A stretch of DNA of 64,000 nucleotides, from positions 2,852,001 to 2,916,000 of the forward strand of contig OZ374559.1 of NCBI GenBank assembly GCA_977862235.1. Direction: 5' to 3'. The DNA is from Dudresnaya verticillata. Taxonomy: Eukaryota. A program made the position numbers and the translations under genes. Under the pieces are notes generated by a model, which worked only from the letters and a program-made list of their open reading frames with translations, was not told where the DNA came from and ran no database searches. This document shows, one piece after another, positions 33,098 to 46,679 of this stretch. Every line of letters starts with the position of its first letter. Within the stretch, counting starts at the first letter, position 1.

Positions 33098-35225
33098 CAC
33101 TACAAGGCCATTTCTGAACAGATTTTACAATAAGGCAATACGTGGGCCATCGCGCATGGGCCAACACGAATTTGATAAAATCATATCTATAATTTTGATT
33201 TGCCGCCTTGCACGTGGCCAATAGTTTATCACTTAAGCGACGGCTGATTTATCCGCACGGCGCGTTCGCTTTCACTGTTCTGGGTTCCATTATTCTTCTG
33301 CAGCAGACCGACTCATTGAGACGAGGACACTGCGGCGAGATGTGTCGCGTGTCTATATCTCAATAAGGTGCAACCGAGTGCTCGTATTCCCATGTGTCAC
33401 TGCAATCTTCAGATTGATGTCTCAGACGAACTAAGTACTGCGCTAGCAGCTTTCGCAGTTCTGTACCCCGCTCGAAACTTCCTAACACGCTTATGCATGC
33501 AGTTCTGCCATCTTCAGCGCAATGGCTTCGAACCCCTCTCAACACCTTAAGATGTTGCGCTCCATGCATAGATTTTGTAATCCGTAAGCAATAGCATTCA
33601 GCGCCTTTATTTCAAAATGTACCCTAGCAGTTGTGCGCAGTGGCGTTCATCCGTAGCAGTGATGTAGTAGAATACTCCAATGATACAGAGGGTGGTCCTA
33701 CTAGAAGCGGTCGGTCGCCCCACCAGTTGTCCCGTGCTGACAGATCACTGCGATCGAGGACATCCGCCGGTCGATGTCCGTTTCTGCGGACGGCCGCCAC
33801 CCGAATGAGACGCCACTTGAATGTCGCGTACGCGAGATGCTGGTGTTGTTTCGCAAATAGACATACCACATAGATAGGTTAGGTAGGGAAGTACTCGCTG
33901 TAATCGCGAACAGAAGAACATGATCTTCCTGGAAACTGTGGTCAGACTCTCTGACATCTAGCCCAGGCTTCGAATAGCCTAAACCAAGCTTCGCAAACCT
34001 CAATGACGTGAGAACTCACCATTAAAGTGGCCATGTTTGCCAATTGTTACGAAAGCCCGATTAACGAGGCCGAACGCGAGCACATCAGCATGATCTTGCT
34101 CGGAAATGTGCGCAGACTGTTCCATGTAAGTTAGCTAGCTACTCGAGTAGCTGAATCCGAACGGAGCTTGGAGAGGCCTAAACGATGCTTCTCAGACATT
34201 GATGGCTTGATAACTTACCGGTCAACAAGACGACACGCTTCTCCACTTCTTCACTAGGTAGATCCATTCGAAGCGGCGGATGCCGCAGATTGTCTGCATG
34301 CCGACGAATGCGTCGCGTGCCGCCGCGTCTGTAGTCCCATGCGACGGGAAGTCCGATGAAGAATTTGACAATGTGATGTTCGAGAACTCGTTCCTGGATG
34401 CATTCAAAGGTCGCCCGCAGGTGTGTGCGCGCGCGCAGGCGGGCAAAAGGGCACCCAACATCTTGCGGGATCAATGTACTCCCGAAAGTCCGCGTACGCG
34501 GAACATTTGAAATGAGATTCTTGTCGAAAAGCGTTGTCTGCAGACAGACAACGCCCCACTGTACTGCATCCAGAGAGAGTTGCAACCGCAAAGATGATCT
34601 CCTGGTTTGAAACGAACGTTCTCTTTCGACACGTACTTGCAACGTATTATTTCTGTATTACCATTGGCTAGCGCCGTTATGGTGAATAGCACGATGACGA
34701 TCTCAGCGCACACATCAAAATTTGTGGTCAAAAATGTCTCCACGTAGTGTGGTATGCATTGAATGCCTGTGCGGGTATGATAGCCGCGCGCACGTGCCAT
34801 AACGCCTCATCCTGTTGGCCAGATGAGGTTTGTGTGATTCCCACGAGGGAATTGCCCGCATGCGCCCATGGCGATGCAGTGCATCAGGATTCGATATCCA
34901 TATGGACGTCCATTGAGTACTCAGGATGAAGACGACTCTGAAGAGTGGCATCGATTTGGATTGCAGTTCAATGCATCCATCGGATGATGGACAACAATAA
35001 TATAGTCCTGCGTTTTCAAGATTGTTATGGGAGAAGCTCATTTCCGATCGGAACTGCTCGAGCACCTTTGTACAAGATTAGCCGTATGGAGACAATTGTG
35101 AAGTTCTGTCCTAGCCTATTTCGTTCTGGCTTGCAATCCTACATTTTTATCGGAAGTACCGGCGAGCACTTAACACAAAACGTCATCATTGGCTAAGCCA
35201 CCTATCTCACCACAGAGATATTGCC

Positions 35226-36716
35226 CTACCACTTGGATAAACGCAGCGAAAGTTCAACAGTACCGAATACTTCTGCAGCGTTCGCTATTTCTCTCGACCA
35301 AGTCCGTAATGACGCATCAGGAGCCCTTTTCCAAGAAATTGTAAAGGCGTTCAGTTCTGAAATGGGCCCCGCGAGTGTTTGCTCTTGTTCCTGCTTCAAT
35401 ACAAGCTCATGGGTAAAACGAATCTCTACAATGTTCCAGTCTCTGTTTTTTCGAAGTAGTACAGGATATTTCCGCTTGAATTCCTCATTAGTGAAATCGC
35501 CCGCTGAGTTCTCATGAGTATGTGAATGTCGTGGAGGGTACGCAACGTTGCGTGCAAAGCTCGAGGCGATATGAATTCTAGAAGCTTGTTGCGAGTCCGA
35601 ATCAAACTCATACGACCCCAATATCCTGAGCAGATCCCCTGTCGGCGAGGAACCACATTTCCTGCACATTTCCAAGCGATCCGTAACGGAGTTAATGCCA
35701 ATACAATCGGACAAGTGTGCAAAAGACGGAAAGGCAAGTGTGAACGAAGTGCTTCCGGATGCTGGGACTTGCGTGTGGGAGAACTCCGGATCGAATTGTA
35801 TTCGCATACCGTTTGGTCTCGTCCGCATTTCTCGTGCCATACACTCGAACTGCTGTAGATTGCAATCCACTCTTACCTTGATTGTTCCCTGAAGTACTCC
35901 GTCTACAGATACTCCCCTGTTCACTTGACTGCCCTGAGCTCTCCCCTTCTTCACCGGGTTCCCGTACTGAACTGTCTTAACGGGGCCCTGCATTCTGATT
36001 GCGAGATTGTGTCGCAGTCGAGTGGTCACGCATCCAGAAGAAAGACATGACATCGTCGAACCTGACGCGCTGAAACCACGAGGTAGGGAAGATTGCTCCA
36101 CTCTGGACAATCTCTGCGATTGAAGCACGAGTTCTCGTTTCACTCTTTCCAGTTCAACCGCCACGTGTGCATGTGCCTCACGAAGCCTATACACTTCCGT
36201 ACTACGAAAGGAAGGGTCTGTACATTTCCCATCGCTCTTGGGTCCCACACTTTCTACTCGAGAATTCGTACGAAAAGATTCCCCCCAGTCAGCATCCGAC
36301 TCGGGCTCCGGCTCCGTTGCACCTCCGAGATATCGAGCATAGCGCCAAGAAATCGTCGGATGGGATAGGCTTTCGGGATCGGCTGAGACACCGTCATTAT
36401 TACCAGAGAACTCAATACTCGGAGCGACTTGTAGCAAATAGTCTTCCAGAAACAGGACAACGGAAACAGATTCAGCCCAGTGCTCACTGCTTGGGTAGCG
36501 TATCGTTCCGCGTGCAAGACATTCCCTGTCATTCAGTTCTGATTCTTCTTCGTCAAACATATGAACGACTTCTGCAAGGCACCATTGATCCGGACATCCG
36601 GGAAGTGTATCGATGGACCACAACACTTCTATGAAGTCGTTCTTTCGCGGCACCGCATACGATTTTGTTGCTCTTCGAGTTCTTGAAGCGGTAATACTTG
36701 GATCTCTCGTCACCAT
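35226..36716 (-). CDS. CACTA-borne 496-aa protein; possible N-terminal Tudor/Agenet-like domain and coiled coil
   Basis: Uninterrupted ORF; DFIEVLW...WCLAEVV...GTIRY resembles royal-family barrels; heptad-like stretch VAVELERVKRELVLQSQRLSRVE. Confidence 0.7.
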   Translation of the reverse strand: MVTRDPSITASRTRRATKSYAVPRKNDFIEVLWSIDTLPGCPDQWCLAEVVHMFDEEESELNDRECLARGTIRYPSSEHWAESVSVVLFLEDYLLQVAPSIEFSGNNDGVSADPESLSHPTISWRYARYLGGATEPEPESDADWGESFRTNSRVESVGPKSDGKCTDPSFRSTEVYRLREAHAHVAVELERVKRELVLQSQRLSRVEQSSLPRGFSASGSTMSCLSSGCVTTRLRHNLAIRMQGPVKTVQYGNPVKKGRAQGSQVNRGVSVDGVLQGTIKVRVDCNLQQFECMAREMRTRPNGMRIQFDPEFSHTQVPASGSTSFTLAFPSFAHLSDCIGINSVTDRLEMCRKCGSSPTGDLLRILGSYEFDSDSQQASRIHIASSFARNVAYPPRHSHTHENSAGDFTNEEFKRKYPVLLRKNRDWNIVEIRFTHELVLKQEQEQTLAGPISELNAFTISWKRAPDASLRTWSREIANAAEVFGTVELSLRLSKW

Positions 36717-37899
36717 ATTTACGTGAACACGCGTGCGAGTGACGGCCGTCTAGTCGATCAACTCAAAATTCTTCTTCAGTTCCTTGAGCATGGCCATGGT
36801 GCACCATGGCCTGCCGGTATGATTACTTGAACCAGAATATTTATACGCATATAGCTATACGTATACGCGTACGCGGAAAAGAGGAGACAATCTCGAAGAA
36901 GCGAACGCGAGTGCCTCCTGTTTTTCGGAGAGAAGCTCTTGCTGTCTCAGCGGAGATCTTCGGTGTGCATGTATATAAACAGTATACAGTCTAACACGGC
37001 ACTGACCTGAACCAAAAAGGCACGCGAGCGGTCAAGGCTTTTCTAGGCCACAGAAGCCACCATAAACTACTGGCCCGTGCCAGCACGACAAAAATGCTTC
37101 ATTTCGATCGCGTCTGGCTTCCGAAGTGTGCTAAGGCCACTAACATTTATTGTATTGAGACGACAATGGCATGCTTCTGAGCAGCAGTGCAGATGGAACA
37201 GGCACCCAATGCGATCCAGCTCCTGAGACGATCAAATTGATCGCGTATTGAATGCGCGGTTGCTCTGACCTGTCGAAACTCCACGTTCGTGACACTCGTG
37301 TCTGCTGTTGAAGCGACATTTTTCATCTGCATCCAAGTCCCTATGGGGCCCCATCCGTCCGGACTGGGCTTGGCGACAGATAAATGCTGAATAACGAGGG
37401 GCGCTGGATGAATCGATCCAGTGGCCTGTGCAACACTCTGAAGTTGAGATCTCATTTTCCTGTAATGATTCTATTTGTTCTCCCGCCTTTCTGGGTTTGA
37501 CTGAGATTGTCCGTGGCGTCGCGCCATCGTCTGCATCGATACGTTAAATGGAACCGATTCAAGACTATAGTCTGTATTGAGAACTTTCAATCGCAATTGA
37601 TCGCATTGCTGGTCCATCGTGCATTAATTCAGTGTCAGGTACCTGATCCTTGCTTGCGACCTCTCGAATTCCCGTCAACACAATGGCGCGAGAGCAATAC
37701 CGAAACACGGACCATTGGGAGACAGATACTGGACAGGCACTTTCACTGAATTCATGACCTCATGAGGCCTCAAGAGCAGTTCTGCATATAACCTCTGATA
37801 CAGTGTGGTCACGAAAAGGAAGGCTAGTAAGAGTTCATCTGCGAAACCGTGACTAGGAACGAGTAAGGTACCTTAAGGTCTAACACTGTTCAGCTGTAC

Positions 37900-40398
37900 A
37901 TGATGAAGGGTCGCTCGGCAGTTCGCAAGAAGACAGCTTCCGCACAAAAGATGAGGGCTTATCAAGATGCTGCCGCGGCTCAACGAGTTGCGTCCGCATC
38001 TAAGGCTGTTCAGCCTACTAGAGTTTCCCCTCGATCAAGATCAAAAGGTACAGCTTCACCAATTCAAGACGTTGTATTGAAAACGAGCATTCGCAAAGTA
38101 CCGCGGAGGAATAACCATTTACAAGAGCTCGAGCGGGTGGTGACAGCCACACCCGAAAAATTATCCGTACCAAACGGCGACGTGACCGCGCGACGCTCGT
38201 CGTCCGGTTCCGGTTCGAAACGAATATTGGCTCCGTCCCCTGAGAAGCCTGAAATGAAAAAGAGTAATGGTGAAATGCCAACAAGGAAACGAAGGTCTTT
38301 GAAGACCCCGCTTTCCAACTCGATATCACAAGAAAGGTCAGTGTCTCAGCGTACGCCGCAGAATCACTCTCCTGGAAAAGGGAACCCTTCAATCCTTGAA
38401 ACCGAAAACGATAATCAAGATAGTCCCTCTACAACACGCAGGGGTGAGGTGAAAAAGAATACAGATGATGAGGATGAGGAGAGTGACATGTTGGCTCCGC
38501 TCTCGTGCCGTGGATTGCCACCGACCAGATCTGGTTCTCAAAACGATGGACATGGCGTTCGACACCCTGGGCGAATGGACAATGAAGGTCTTTCTGCAGG
38601 AAGATCATTTGAAACTCCGGATCTTCGAGATATCCCTCTCTTTAAGGTCTCGCGTCCGCGGTTAGAAACATGTCCATCGGACCACTCAGACTACGCTGCG
38701 AAACAGATTTCCGCGAGCAACGCCAACAGAAGAATGCTTCAGGCTTTTAGGAAAGAACTTTTGGAAGATTTCAGGCTGCAAAGCCGGGAGAATCTCCAGG
38801 TTAGTCGGAAAATTCTTGACATTGTCAAGAATCTGGAAGGAGATGTTGCTGATCTTCGTGGACACGTGCATATGCTAGGGTCGAACGTGAAAGTGGGAGG
38901 CACTGCGAACGCATCCAAACGAATCACAGCTGCTCAATTCCGAAGCAAATTGGATTCATTGACACCATCTATGAACGCTGTGTTCTCTTCCAGTCTCCTT
39001 TCTCGCGTTCTTGCTTACAATGTTCCTATCTTTGTGAACAGAACATTTCGCTCGAAAGAAGGCAGCGTCGAGAGCAAGTCAGCAGCTGTGATGGCCGCTT
39101 TGCTGTTCAGCTTACAGCCCAAGGAAACTCGCAACTTATGGGAGACGGGAATTGGAAAACTGCATGGCGACTTCCGCTACACAGTTGTACGCAACCTTTT
39201 CTTTAACGTATCCAAAGACACATTTGGCTTGTTCAGAGAAAAACATTCTGACAGCGGAAGAGTGGACGGATCTGTGAACAGTCTAAGTGACCCGAAGCAA
39301 GCTGCACATAAATGGGGTAAGTCATTTAAGAGTTCTCCCATACGGAAAGGCGAGAAAAACGGTTCGTTGCAGCGAGGCGATCAAGCAAAGATAGCCCGTC
39401 CGAAGTGGCTCGCCCCCGGATACGTCAGTTCTGACAACGTTCTCCAGGCTCGGGTTATCCAGGAAAGAGTCAAGAAGAGTCGAGATGGACCCTGTTCAGG
39501 GCTTTCTGTAAAAGAAGCACCCACACGAGATGACATCGCTACTCATGGAGCACTTCGAGTTTATCGAGTTCTCGGATCACACCTCCACGCCTCCCGTGAA
39601 AATTTCAAGCAATCCTTCTTTCAGAACTTAGGATTCCTTCTCGTTGCATGGACTGATCTCGGAACCAAAGCCATACAGGCTACTTGCGAAATGAAATGGG
39701 CTGACCCTTCGTTAATTCAAGCGTCCCCTACGGAAAGTGACACTGATACAGTTGGGATCTGGGACATTTTCAGAATGGAAGACGTGCCTAAACCATCGGT
39801 TTGTCCTGCAGGGAGTGATGCAAAACTTATTATGGAAGCGGACGCTGAGAATAACCGAATCATGAAAGGTCTGTTTGAGAGCTGGGGAAATATGGTGCTG
39901 TACGCAAGTTATCAGGTTCAAGTGGTATCGGGTTCTGGTAATCAGAAGAGAAACGACAACACTGAACGCAAGATATTGTCTCGTGCTATCCATATGGTTG
40001 AAGTGGCGCTGTCATTCATCGTGGAGTATTGCCACGCACCAGACATTTCGTTGTTCCTGCGAACGCATGAATCTTCCTTTCAGTGCATCATGGTGATCGC
40101 GAACCTATTCAAGAGTCTGACTGTACAGTTTCTGAACAAGAGTCATTTGAGAGCTGGTCAAGTATGCTCGCCGTCAAGCGTTGTATCAGGCGTTCTCAGC
40201 TTGCAGGATTTACTCCCCGGTGAGTACAACCGGAAGTCTCTTTTTGAGAACAAATGCGTACGCATGACTATGAAGGAGTATGACAGGCTACATTACGCTG
40301 GGATGGAGGAAGATAACCCTAATGATGATACTCAGGACGATGGAGCAGAGGGGAAGGAGATAGCGGAAGATGATGATGAGGGTATAGGGTGTATTTGA
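37900..40398 (+). CDS. CACTA-borne 832-aa protein of unknown function, convergent with the transposase
   Basis: Uninterrupted ORF: basic, disordered N-terminus, coiled coil (ILDIVKNLEGDVADLRGHV), helical C-domain, acidic tail. Confidence 0.8.
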   Translation: MMKGRSAVRKKTASAQKMRAYQDAAAAQRVASASKAVQPTRVSPRSRSKGTASPIQDVVLKTSIRKVPRRNNHLQELERVVTATPEKLSVPNGDVTARRSSSGSGSKRILAPSPEKPEMKKSNGEMPTRKRRSLKTPLSNSISQERSVSQRTPQNHSPGKGNPSILETENDNQDSPSTTRRGEVKKNTDDEDEESDMLAPLSCRGLPPTRSGSQNDGHGVRHPGRMDNEGLSAGRSFETPDLRDIPLFKVSRPRLETCPSDHSDYAAKQISASNANRRMLQAFRKELLEDFRLQSRENLQVSRKILDIVKNLEGDVADLRGHVHMLGSNVKVGGTANASKRITAAQFRSKLDSLTPSMNAVFSSSLLSRVLAYNVPIFVNRTFRSKEGSVESKSAAVMAALLFSLQPKETRNLWETGIGKLHGDFRYTVVRNLFFNVSKDTFGLFREKHSDSGRVDGSVNSLSDPKQAAHKWGKSFKSSPIRKGEKNGSLQRGDQAKIARPKWLAPGYVSSDNVLQARVIQERVKKSRDGPCSGLSVKEAPTRDDIATHGALRVYRVLGSHLHASRENFKQSFFQNLGFLLVAWTDLGTKAIQATCEMKWADPSLIQASPTESDTDTVGIWDIFRMEDVPKPSVCPAGSDAKLIMEADAENNRIMKGLFESWGNMVLYASYQVQVVSGSGNQKRNDNTERKILSRAIHMVEVALSFIVEYCHAPDISLFLRTHESSFQCIMVIANLFKSLTVQFLNKSHLRAGQVCSPSSVVSGVLSLQDLLPGEYNRKSLFENKCVRMTMKEYDRLHYAGMEEDNPNDDTQDDGAEGKEIAEDDDEGIGCI

Positions 40399-40578
40399 AG
40401 ACTTTGAAAAGGCAGCATGTCATGAAGTAAACACAGTCGTTTTTAACATAGGAAGTTGTTCAGATACACATGTATACATTCGTATTGTACGACATGCATG
40501 CATAAATATATTTATACATGCATGTCGTACAATACGAATTTCTGGAGGGCTCCATCTCTCCATAAAAACGTTGCACCC

Positions 40579-43500
40579 TCAGGCCAATCGGGGTGGGTAC
40601 CCATTCAGTCTCCTTTGAAAACGCATCCTTCCTCCCTCAAGCAGGGTCTTGGTATGCAATACCACTCTTCTTGTAGCATCAATGCGACATTTGCTTCGGG
40701 TTCCCGTTTCCTGATCGCAAGCGTGGTACAGAGCAACTCTCCTTATTTCAGGACGGAGCTGCAAAAGTTGGACTGTGGAGGAATGAAACGGATTTTCCAC
40801 ATGAACGTATCCTCCTTGCTCCATACGGCAGCGCACGCAAATTGCCCAAGGGACCTCTTCATATCGCTGTAAAATTGCAACGACAGCAAACAGTTGGAGT
40901 TCTCCACCACCATTTGTAACGGGCTGAACTAGTTTTCTCTCCCTCATAACCGGTTCCAGATAGGTCTGTACAGTTGTTCCCTCATAGATGGTATCATAGC
41001 CCGCAGATCTTCCTCCTACAGACCCGTCGTTCCTTATTTTGTACCTTCCCGCACTGCTGTAGAGTCGGAACTGATCTGTCCCGCTCTCTTCCAGTCGTTG
41101 GTTAGAAGGAAACCAGGTGTTTAGCCAATCCTTCATCTCCGAAAACAAACTTGTCATGTCGTCTTCGGAAATTGGGACTTCTTTGGCTATGCTCTCTGCA
41201 TCTGTTATATTTCTGGGTACCCACATAGAGCTTCTATCAAGAGCGAAATTGCAAACTCGCTCATCCTTCTGCATTTGCCATAGGCAAGTTTTTGTAAATT
41301 GCTGCACAATAGTTGAGTCAAGTTCGTCTATTAATTCCTTCTCTTCAGATTCTTTCAGCAGATCAGCAACTTCACCATAGAACAGACGCCTCAGATACCG
41401 CTTTTGTAAGCGATCGCATGAGTTCTCATAATTCCTAACAGCCATAATTCTCCCCTGCCAGTCGTTTGCTAGGCAGTGTTCCACTGCCGAGAGGTGAGCG
41501 TCTTTCTGATTGCTTCTAGATATACATCTTTTCAGAGGTTGATGTGCGCACTCAAAAACGAGCTCCATGAACTCTCTTACGTGCCCAAAAGCAGGTATGC
41601 TATGCTCATACAGTTCCAAAAGTCGGTGAAGGTTCGGCCTATCCAGATGCTGCGTAATATCAGTGAACACTGAACACAACGACTCAACACTTTGCACGTA
41701 CTGCTTTGATAACCACCTCAGTTCTGAAATATATTTCTCATTCTCTTTCACCACAAACGCTTCAGCGTTAGCCCCGTCAAGCTCTTTTTCAGGCCACCAA
41801 TAAGTGAAAGCTACAAGGCGCTGTAGCTTTTGTAGTAGCTGGACCACTTGAGGAAACTTCCCATCTTCACCAGAAACATGAGAACTCATTGCGCGACAGA
41901 CAGGAACGGAAACCAAAAGGACGCAGAAGACAGAGGATAAGCTCATACTGTGAAGCTTTTTCTTGTTGTGGTTGAATACCTGCTTCTGTGTCAGTAATCC
42001 ATTCTCTTGTAGAGAGGCGCATATGCGCACATCAATTTCGGTACGCATTTCGTTCGAAGGTAGAGATGCGTAAACGGCATTTAAAATGTTCTTGGACAAC
42101 CCTGTTAGTAAATGGTCCGGAGCCACAAAGTTAGACCTGTAAGGGTCGAATAGTGCGGACACCACGCGATGGCCTTCCGAGTTGAGAGGAACTGCGCCCA
42201 TTCTTCTTTTGAGTGAACTTTGTAGGTAGAGAAGAGGGCAAGAGCTGTTTCATATTACTCCGTTCGGCTTCATCCCCAGCTTGTTCGCGTCGGTATCTGG
42301 AATTTGACCCTTCCGCAAAGCCTGATGTCTTTCACTTTGTCTCAGAAACGATGAATTGCTGGCATGCACAGCTGTTGTGTATCCGAATCTTGTGCCCTTC
42401 GCGTCCTGAACAGGTAGTCTTCTAAAAGCACATAGCGTGCAAGGAGATGATCCTACGTGCCCAATGACATCAACGGTTGCAGCAGACGCCGGGTAATCTC
42501 CGATGAACCCAATGACGTCGATAAAAATTGTGACGCTTTCACCGTTCGGAGCAAATCCCTGAACACCGGTGGTGCCGGCTACCACCAGATCTTCTGTTAT
42601 GTACCTGAGTATCTCGTTCGAGGAAACTCCGGGAGGTGTAAGTCCAATGATTCTAACAGATGAAGCTTTCCTTCTTACATGTGGCGGCAAAGAAAATGGC
42701 AGCAAATAACATCCCCCAGCTGATGAGGATGGACCCATCATCATTGATGCTTGGAAGTCATCACAGAATAAGAGAACTCTGTACACGAAATATTTAGAAC
42801 CATCCTGTAGACGTCCCCATGACCTTGTCGATATTTTTGGGTCATGGCCTTCTTCCTCACCAGCCTGTCGCTCCATGTTGACTTTCTTGACAGCATGCCA
42901 TTCACACTGAGAGTGAATTTCATCTATTGAGCTATCGGGTTGCTTTTCAGCTTCAAATGGTACCCAGCATAAAACTCTGGTGAGTGTTCCGGGCTGCACT
43001 CTCCAGTATCTGTGAATGAGAACGGCGAACGCCGACTGATTCGCTGTGGTATCTTCCGGACGGAGAAGGGTGCAAATGTCACCCGGAACAACCCGAGTTA
43101 CGGAACTGTTCTGGAGTCTCGCCCCTCTTCCAAATCTATGCATTATATTTCTTTCAGCAGACGTAGAGTGCATGAAACTTATCGCCTTCTTGAAGCTGCT
43201 TGTATCATCGGGTTCCGCAGCAACACACCATGTGCACAAAACGACGGCCCTGAAAATATATCCACATCCTGTACTGAAGATGCGGTAACCAGTTGCGAAG
43301 CTCGGTCTTCCAGTAGTGACTTCAACGGCAATACAATCCCCGTTCATACATATTTCCTCTTCGTTTGTAATTTCCCATTTCGAAGATTGCACAAATATGT
43401 GTTCGCATGAACATGTCACACGTTCACGTTGCCTAACCATTTTGGACCTGTTCAGGAATTGTTCGCTGGAATGACCTTGTCGGTTCGAACACGAAGGATA

Positions 43501-44628
43501 CATGACATTGAACAAAAAAAGGGGCTGCCACATCTATCTTCGCCCATGAACTTGGAAGGATTACTCTCACCTTCTCATTTTCATCATCTTGTGTACACAC
43601 AGAAGAGGGGGTTTGCGTGACTGATGTTGTTGTTACACATACATTACTGCCATCTTATTTGTTCTGTTCAACGTCTTCTTCTTCAATCAAATCCAATACT
43701 GAGTCACGGGATTCGTGTCTAGTCAGCAACCCACTTTGTGATCCTTTTCTTTGAAGCTTTACCAGTTTGCTGGATGGGAAGCATGTGTTCACAAGCGAAA
43801 TAAAGTATCTATGAAGCCTCTTATATGGTGGCATCCTGACCTGCTCCCCGTCACGTAAGGAACCAGGACTTGTAATATCTTCAACCAAATGCTTCAAAAG
43901 CTCATATTGTAGTACTGTATGGCGAACGCTTCCGACAACACAGAGTATTGAAGTCAAATGCAATGGTTCTGCCCACATTTTTTCATCCTCCTCATTACAC
44001 GCTTCATCCTAGAGGTTCCCAAGGTGCACACAGGCATGCCTCGAACGTTCTCATGGACTGCCGGATGCCGACGGAAAAGGGACCCCTGCTCTTCTGTTTC
44101 ATGCTCTGCATCAGACTCGAGCCTGCCAGTTAGCTCTTCAGACCTATGTAATCCGCTCGGAGGCAGGCCATTATCTTGTGCACAAGCAGCTGAAGGAACG
44201 ACTTCATCGTCTCCGTCTGAGAACTCAGCAGAATCGTTTTCTCGCAATTGTTTTAAGACCGTGGCAGCATTACCCATTTCTTCATCCCTGAACTCTTGAA
44301 AGAGGTTATCCTGTTCAGGTTCCGCTGCACATTCTGGCGCTATGTGCTCCTCAGCATTTTTTGTTAGCCTATATCTCGTTCCTAATGGTAGAGTATCGTT
44401 TCTCCCAACGCGTCCTTCCGCGCCGTTCGGTTCAACAGAGGGATTGTGAAGACTTGTATGATGAGGGTCCACTTGGGGACCGTGTGATCCTCCAGGCTCT
44501 CCACCAGAAGAAGAGTACTCAGTTCTGATATTTTTCCTTATTCGTCTTGCCCTGAGATCTTGAAGCCAGGTAGATTGATCAAGTGTGCTGCGACGCCTTC
44601 TTCTCTTCTCACTCAGATCGTAATTCAT
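40579..44628 (-). pseudogene. CACTA/EnSpm (CMC superfamily) DDE transposase, lightly disrupted
   Basis: LLFCDDF...SAGGCY...LPPHVR; FIGDYPA...GH...PCTLC; APDHLL; PNLHRLLE...FGH...MELVFECAHQPLK. In-frame stops at 42250 and 43655, frameshifts near 43515 and 43970. Confidence 0.88.
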
Positions 44629-45972
44629 GCTTTCTGACTTTCTGAATCGTACGGCGTAACACTCCGAACAAAATGATGACGTTTATCGAATGATAACGTC
44701 TGGCACAGCCAGTCAGATGGGAACAACTCAGTTGCAACACATGTGTTCACAGCATCAATTGTTGGGATAGAAGTCACGTAGTAACTAAACAGTCATAAGT
44801 GGCTTTGGTACCACAGAAATATTGTACGGGCAGTAGTGACAACCGTACCAATTTCTTCTCTTCTGCGTCCCAGTATTTCTGTACAGATGGATGAATGATA
44901 AGGGCAGGTGATATATCATAGGGAATGTAACAGTGCTCCTGTTAAGGTAAGGTTGTTCAGGGAAGGTTGTTCAGCGAAAGGGGAGTCAATTAGTAACTAG
45001 TATTGCTGTACGGCGCAAGAAAATGTAGCTACATTCCTAGCAACCCCCATCAAAAGCAATCGTTCGATTACGCTACGGCACGTGATTATAACCTGCCACG
45101 GCCGTTCTTGCCTGCATAATAAATCAGTGTTTCAAATATCTCGCGTACGCGATGCCCAGGACCACCCGTTTGAAGCAACAAATGGCAGTGGCATGCTTTC
45201 CTATGTAAAGCATGACACGGAAACAATTACTTTGCACTTCTGTGCTGATGAAAATGAAAGCCTTAATAAATACACATGGCTTTCAATGCATGGCATGCCA
45301 TGCCAAGGTTTATAGAACAATTGTTTTATGATTAATCAGTATATGGTGATTGTATACTAACACGTATCGTTATTGTAATTCCAATCCATTTCAAAACATG
45401 TTCACATACACATGAAGCGAGGTTTCCAACATATTGGAGTTGCACTTGGGATGATCTATGGCATGGAGGTTTCGCTCCTATTGTTGCACCAAGCTGATTT
45501 GATTGTCAATAATAGGCTATATATAGGGTATTGAAATACCCATGGCTATAGCCAAATCTTACTGCGTACGCACATTTAAAACAGGGGATACAATTGTAAT
45601 GTGGGCCGTGGCAACACACAGATACCCATATGGACTGATATCAGCCCAGGCAATAGATGAATGCACGCTTGGAGCCAAAGTTTTAACACAGTGGGAGGAA
45701 ACAATGTAATGAAAAATTTACTAACGAAGGGTTTTGTTGCTTCTGTTCCACCATTCTGTATAATAAAACGTCCAGCATATTTATAAAATAGCCAAGTATT
45801 ATGCCGTAGGCACTGCCAAAACGCATTTATACAATTGTATCAATTAATTGATATGAGTGTCGCATGCAAAATTACATATGCATATGTGACGCTGGAAACA
45901 GCACAACACTACACATGTGTTGTATACAGCGTGTCATATGTAACACAGGGCACGACGCAATAAAAATGGCAT

Positions 45973-46162
45973 GGATACAGTACTGTTATGTACAATAAGG
46001 GTTGTCAATGGCATTGTCCCCGGGGCGATAAAAAGTGATGGCTCCTGATACTTTATTTATGTACGGTCATAAAAATTACATTTTTGCCGTGGCAAGGATA
46101 CAGCACTGTACAACAAGGGGTTTCAATGGCATTGTCCGCGGGACGATAAAAAGTGATGGCTC
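45973..46162. repeat. Two imperfect direct repeats of about 70 bp
   Basis: GGATACAG...TCAATGGCATTGTCC...CGATAAAAAGTGATGGCTC at 45973-46044 and 46096-46162. Confidence 0.85.
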
Positions 46163-46679
46163 TACATACGTTAGTGTAGGGTCCTCGGAGGGATCAGCGC
46201 ACGCTCAACCGTAGGCAATTGTCTGCCTGTCGCCGGGTTGGGGCCAATGTGGTACGTTCTATTGGTTTCTGTCAAAAGCGTTGGCCAGATCACTCGCCCC
46301 GTGACGAATTAACGATTAAATCGGTGCGTCTCATTGTGTACACATTCTAATTTGGCCAAGTGTTCTCGTATTGGAAACACCGGCCTCTTACTGGCACATC
46401 TCTTTTTCATATAATTTCATATCAGATCTAAGCGGCAGTGGCCTGAAGAGTGCCTTGACGAGCGCTCGTGCGCGCCTGTGGCCGTCGCGCGCGTGCCGCC
46501 GCGCGGGATCTTTGGGCAGCAGCCGACCGCCGCGGCCGCGGCGGCCGAGCCCGCTCGGGCTCTGGCATTATCAGCGAACGCTTGATATCAGCGCTCCGAG
46601 ACCGGCGTCCTCACCCGCCGACTAGGACTGCGCAGCTGTTCTTCCCATTGCCATCGCGAACGCGCCCGCTTTGCTCCCG

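Noticed and set aside
33300..35200. Possible spliced minus-strand gene (GTAAGT and GTGAGT donor-like sites) inside the CACTA; checked for TET/JBP motifs
   Set aside because: No coherent reading frame or HxD...H...R dioxygenase signature could be reconstructed.
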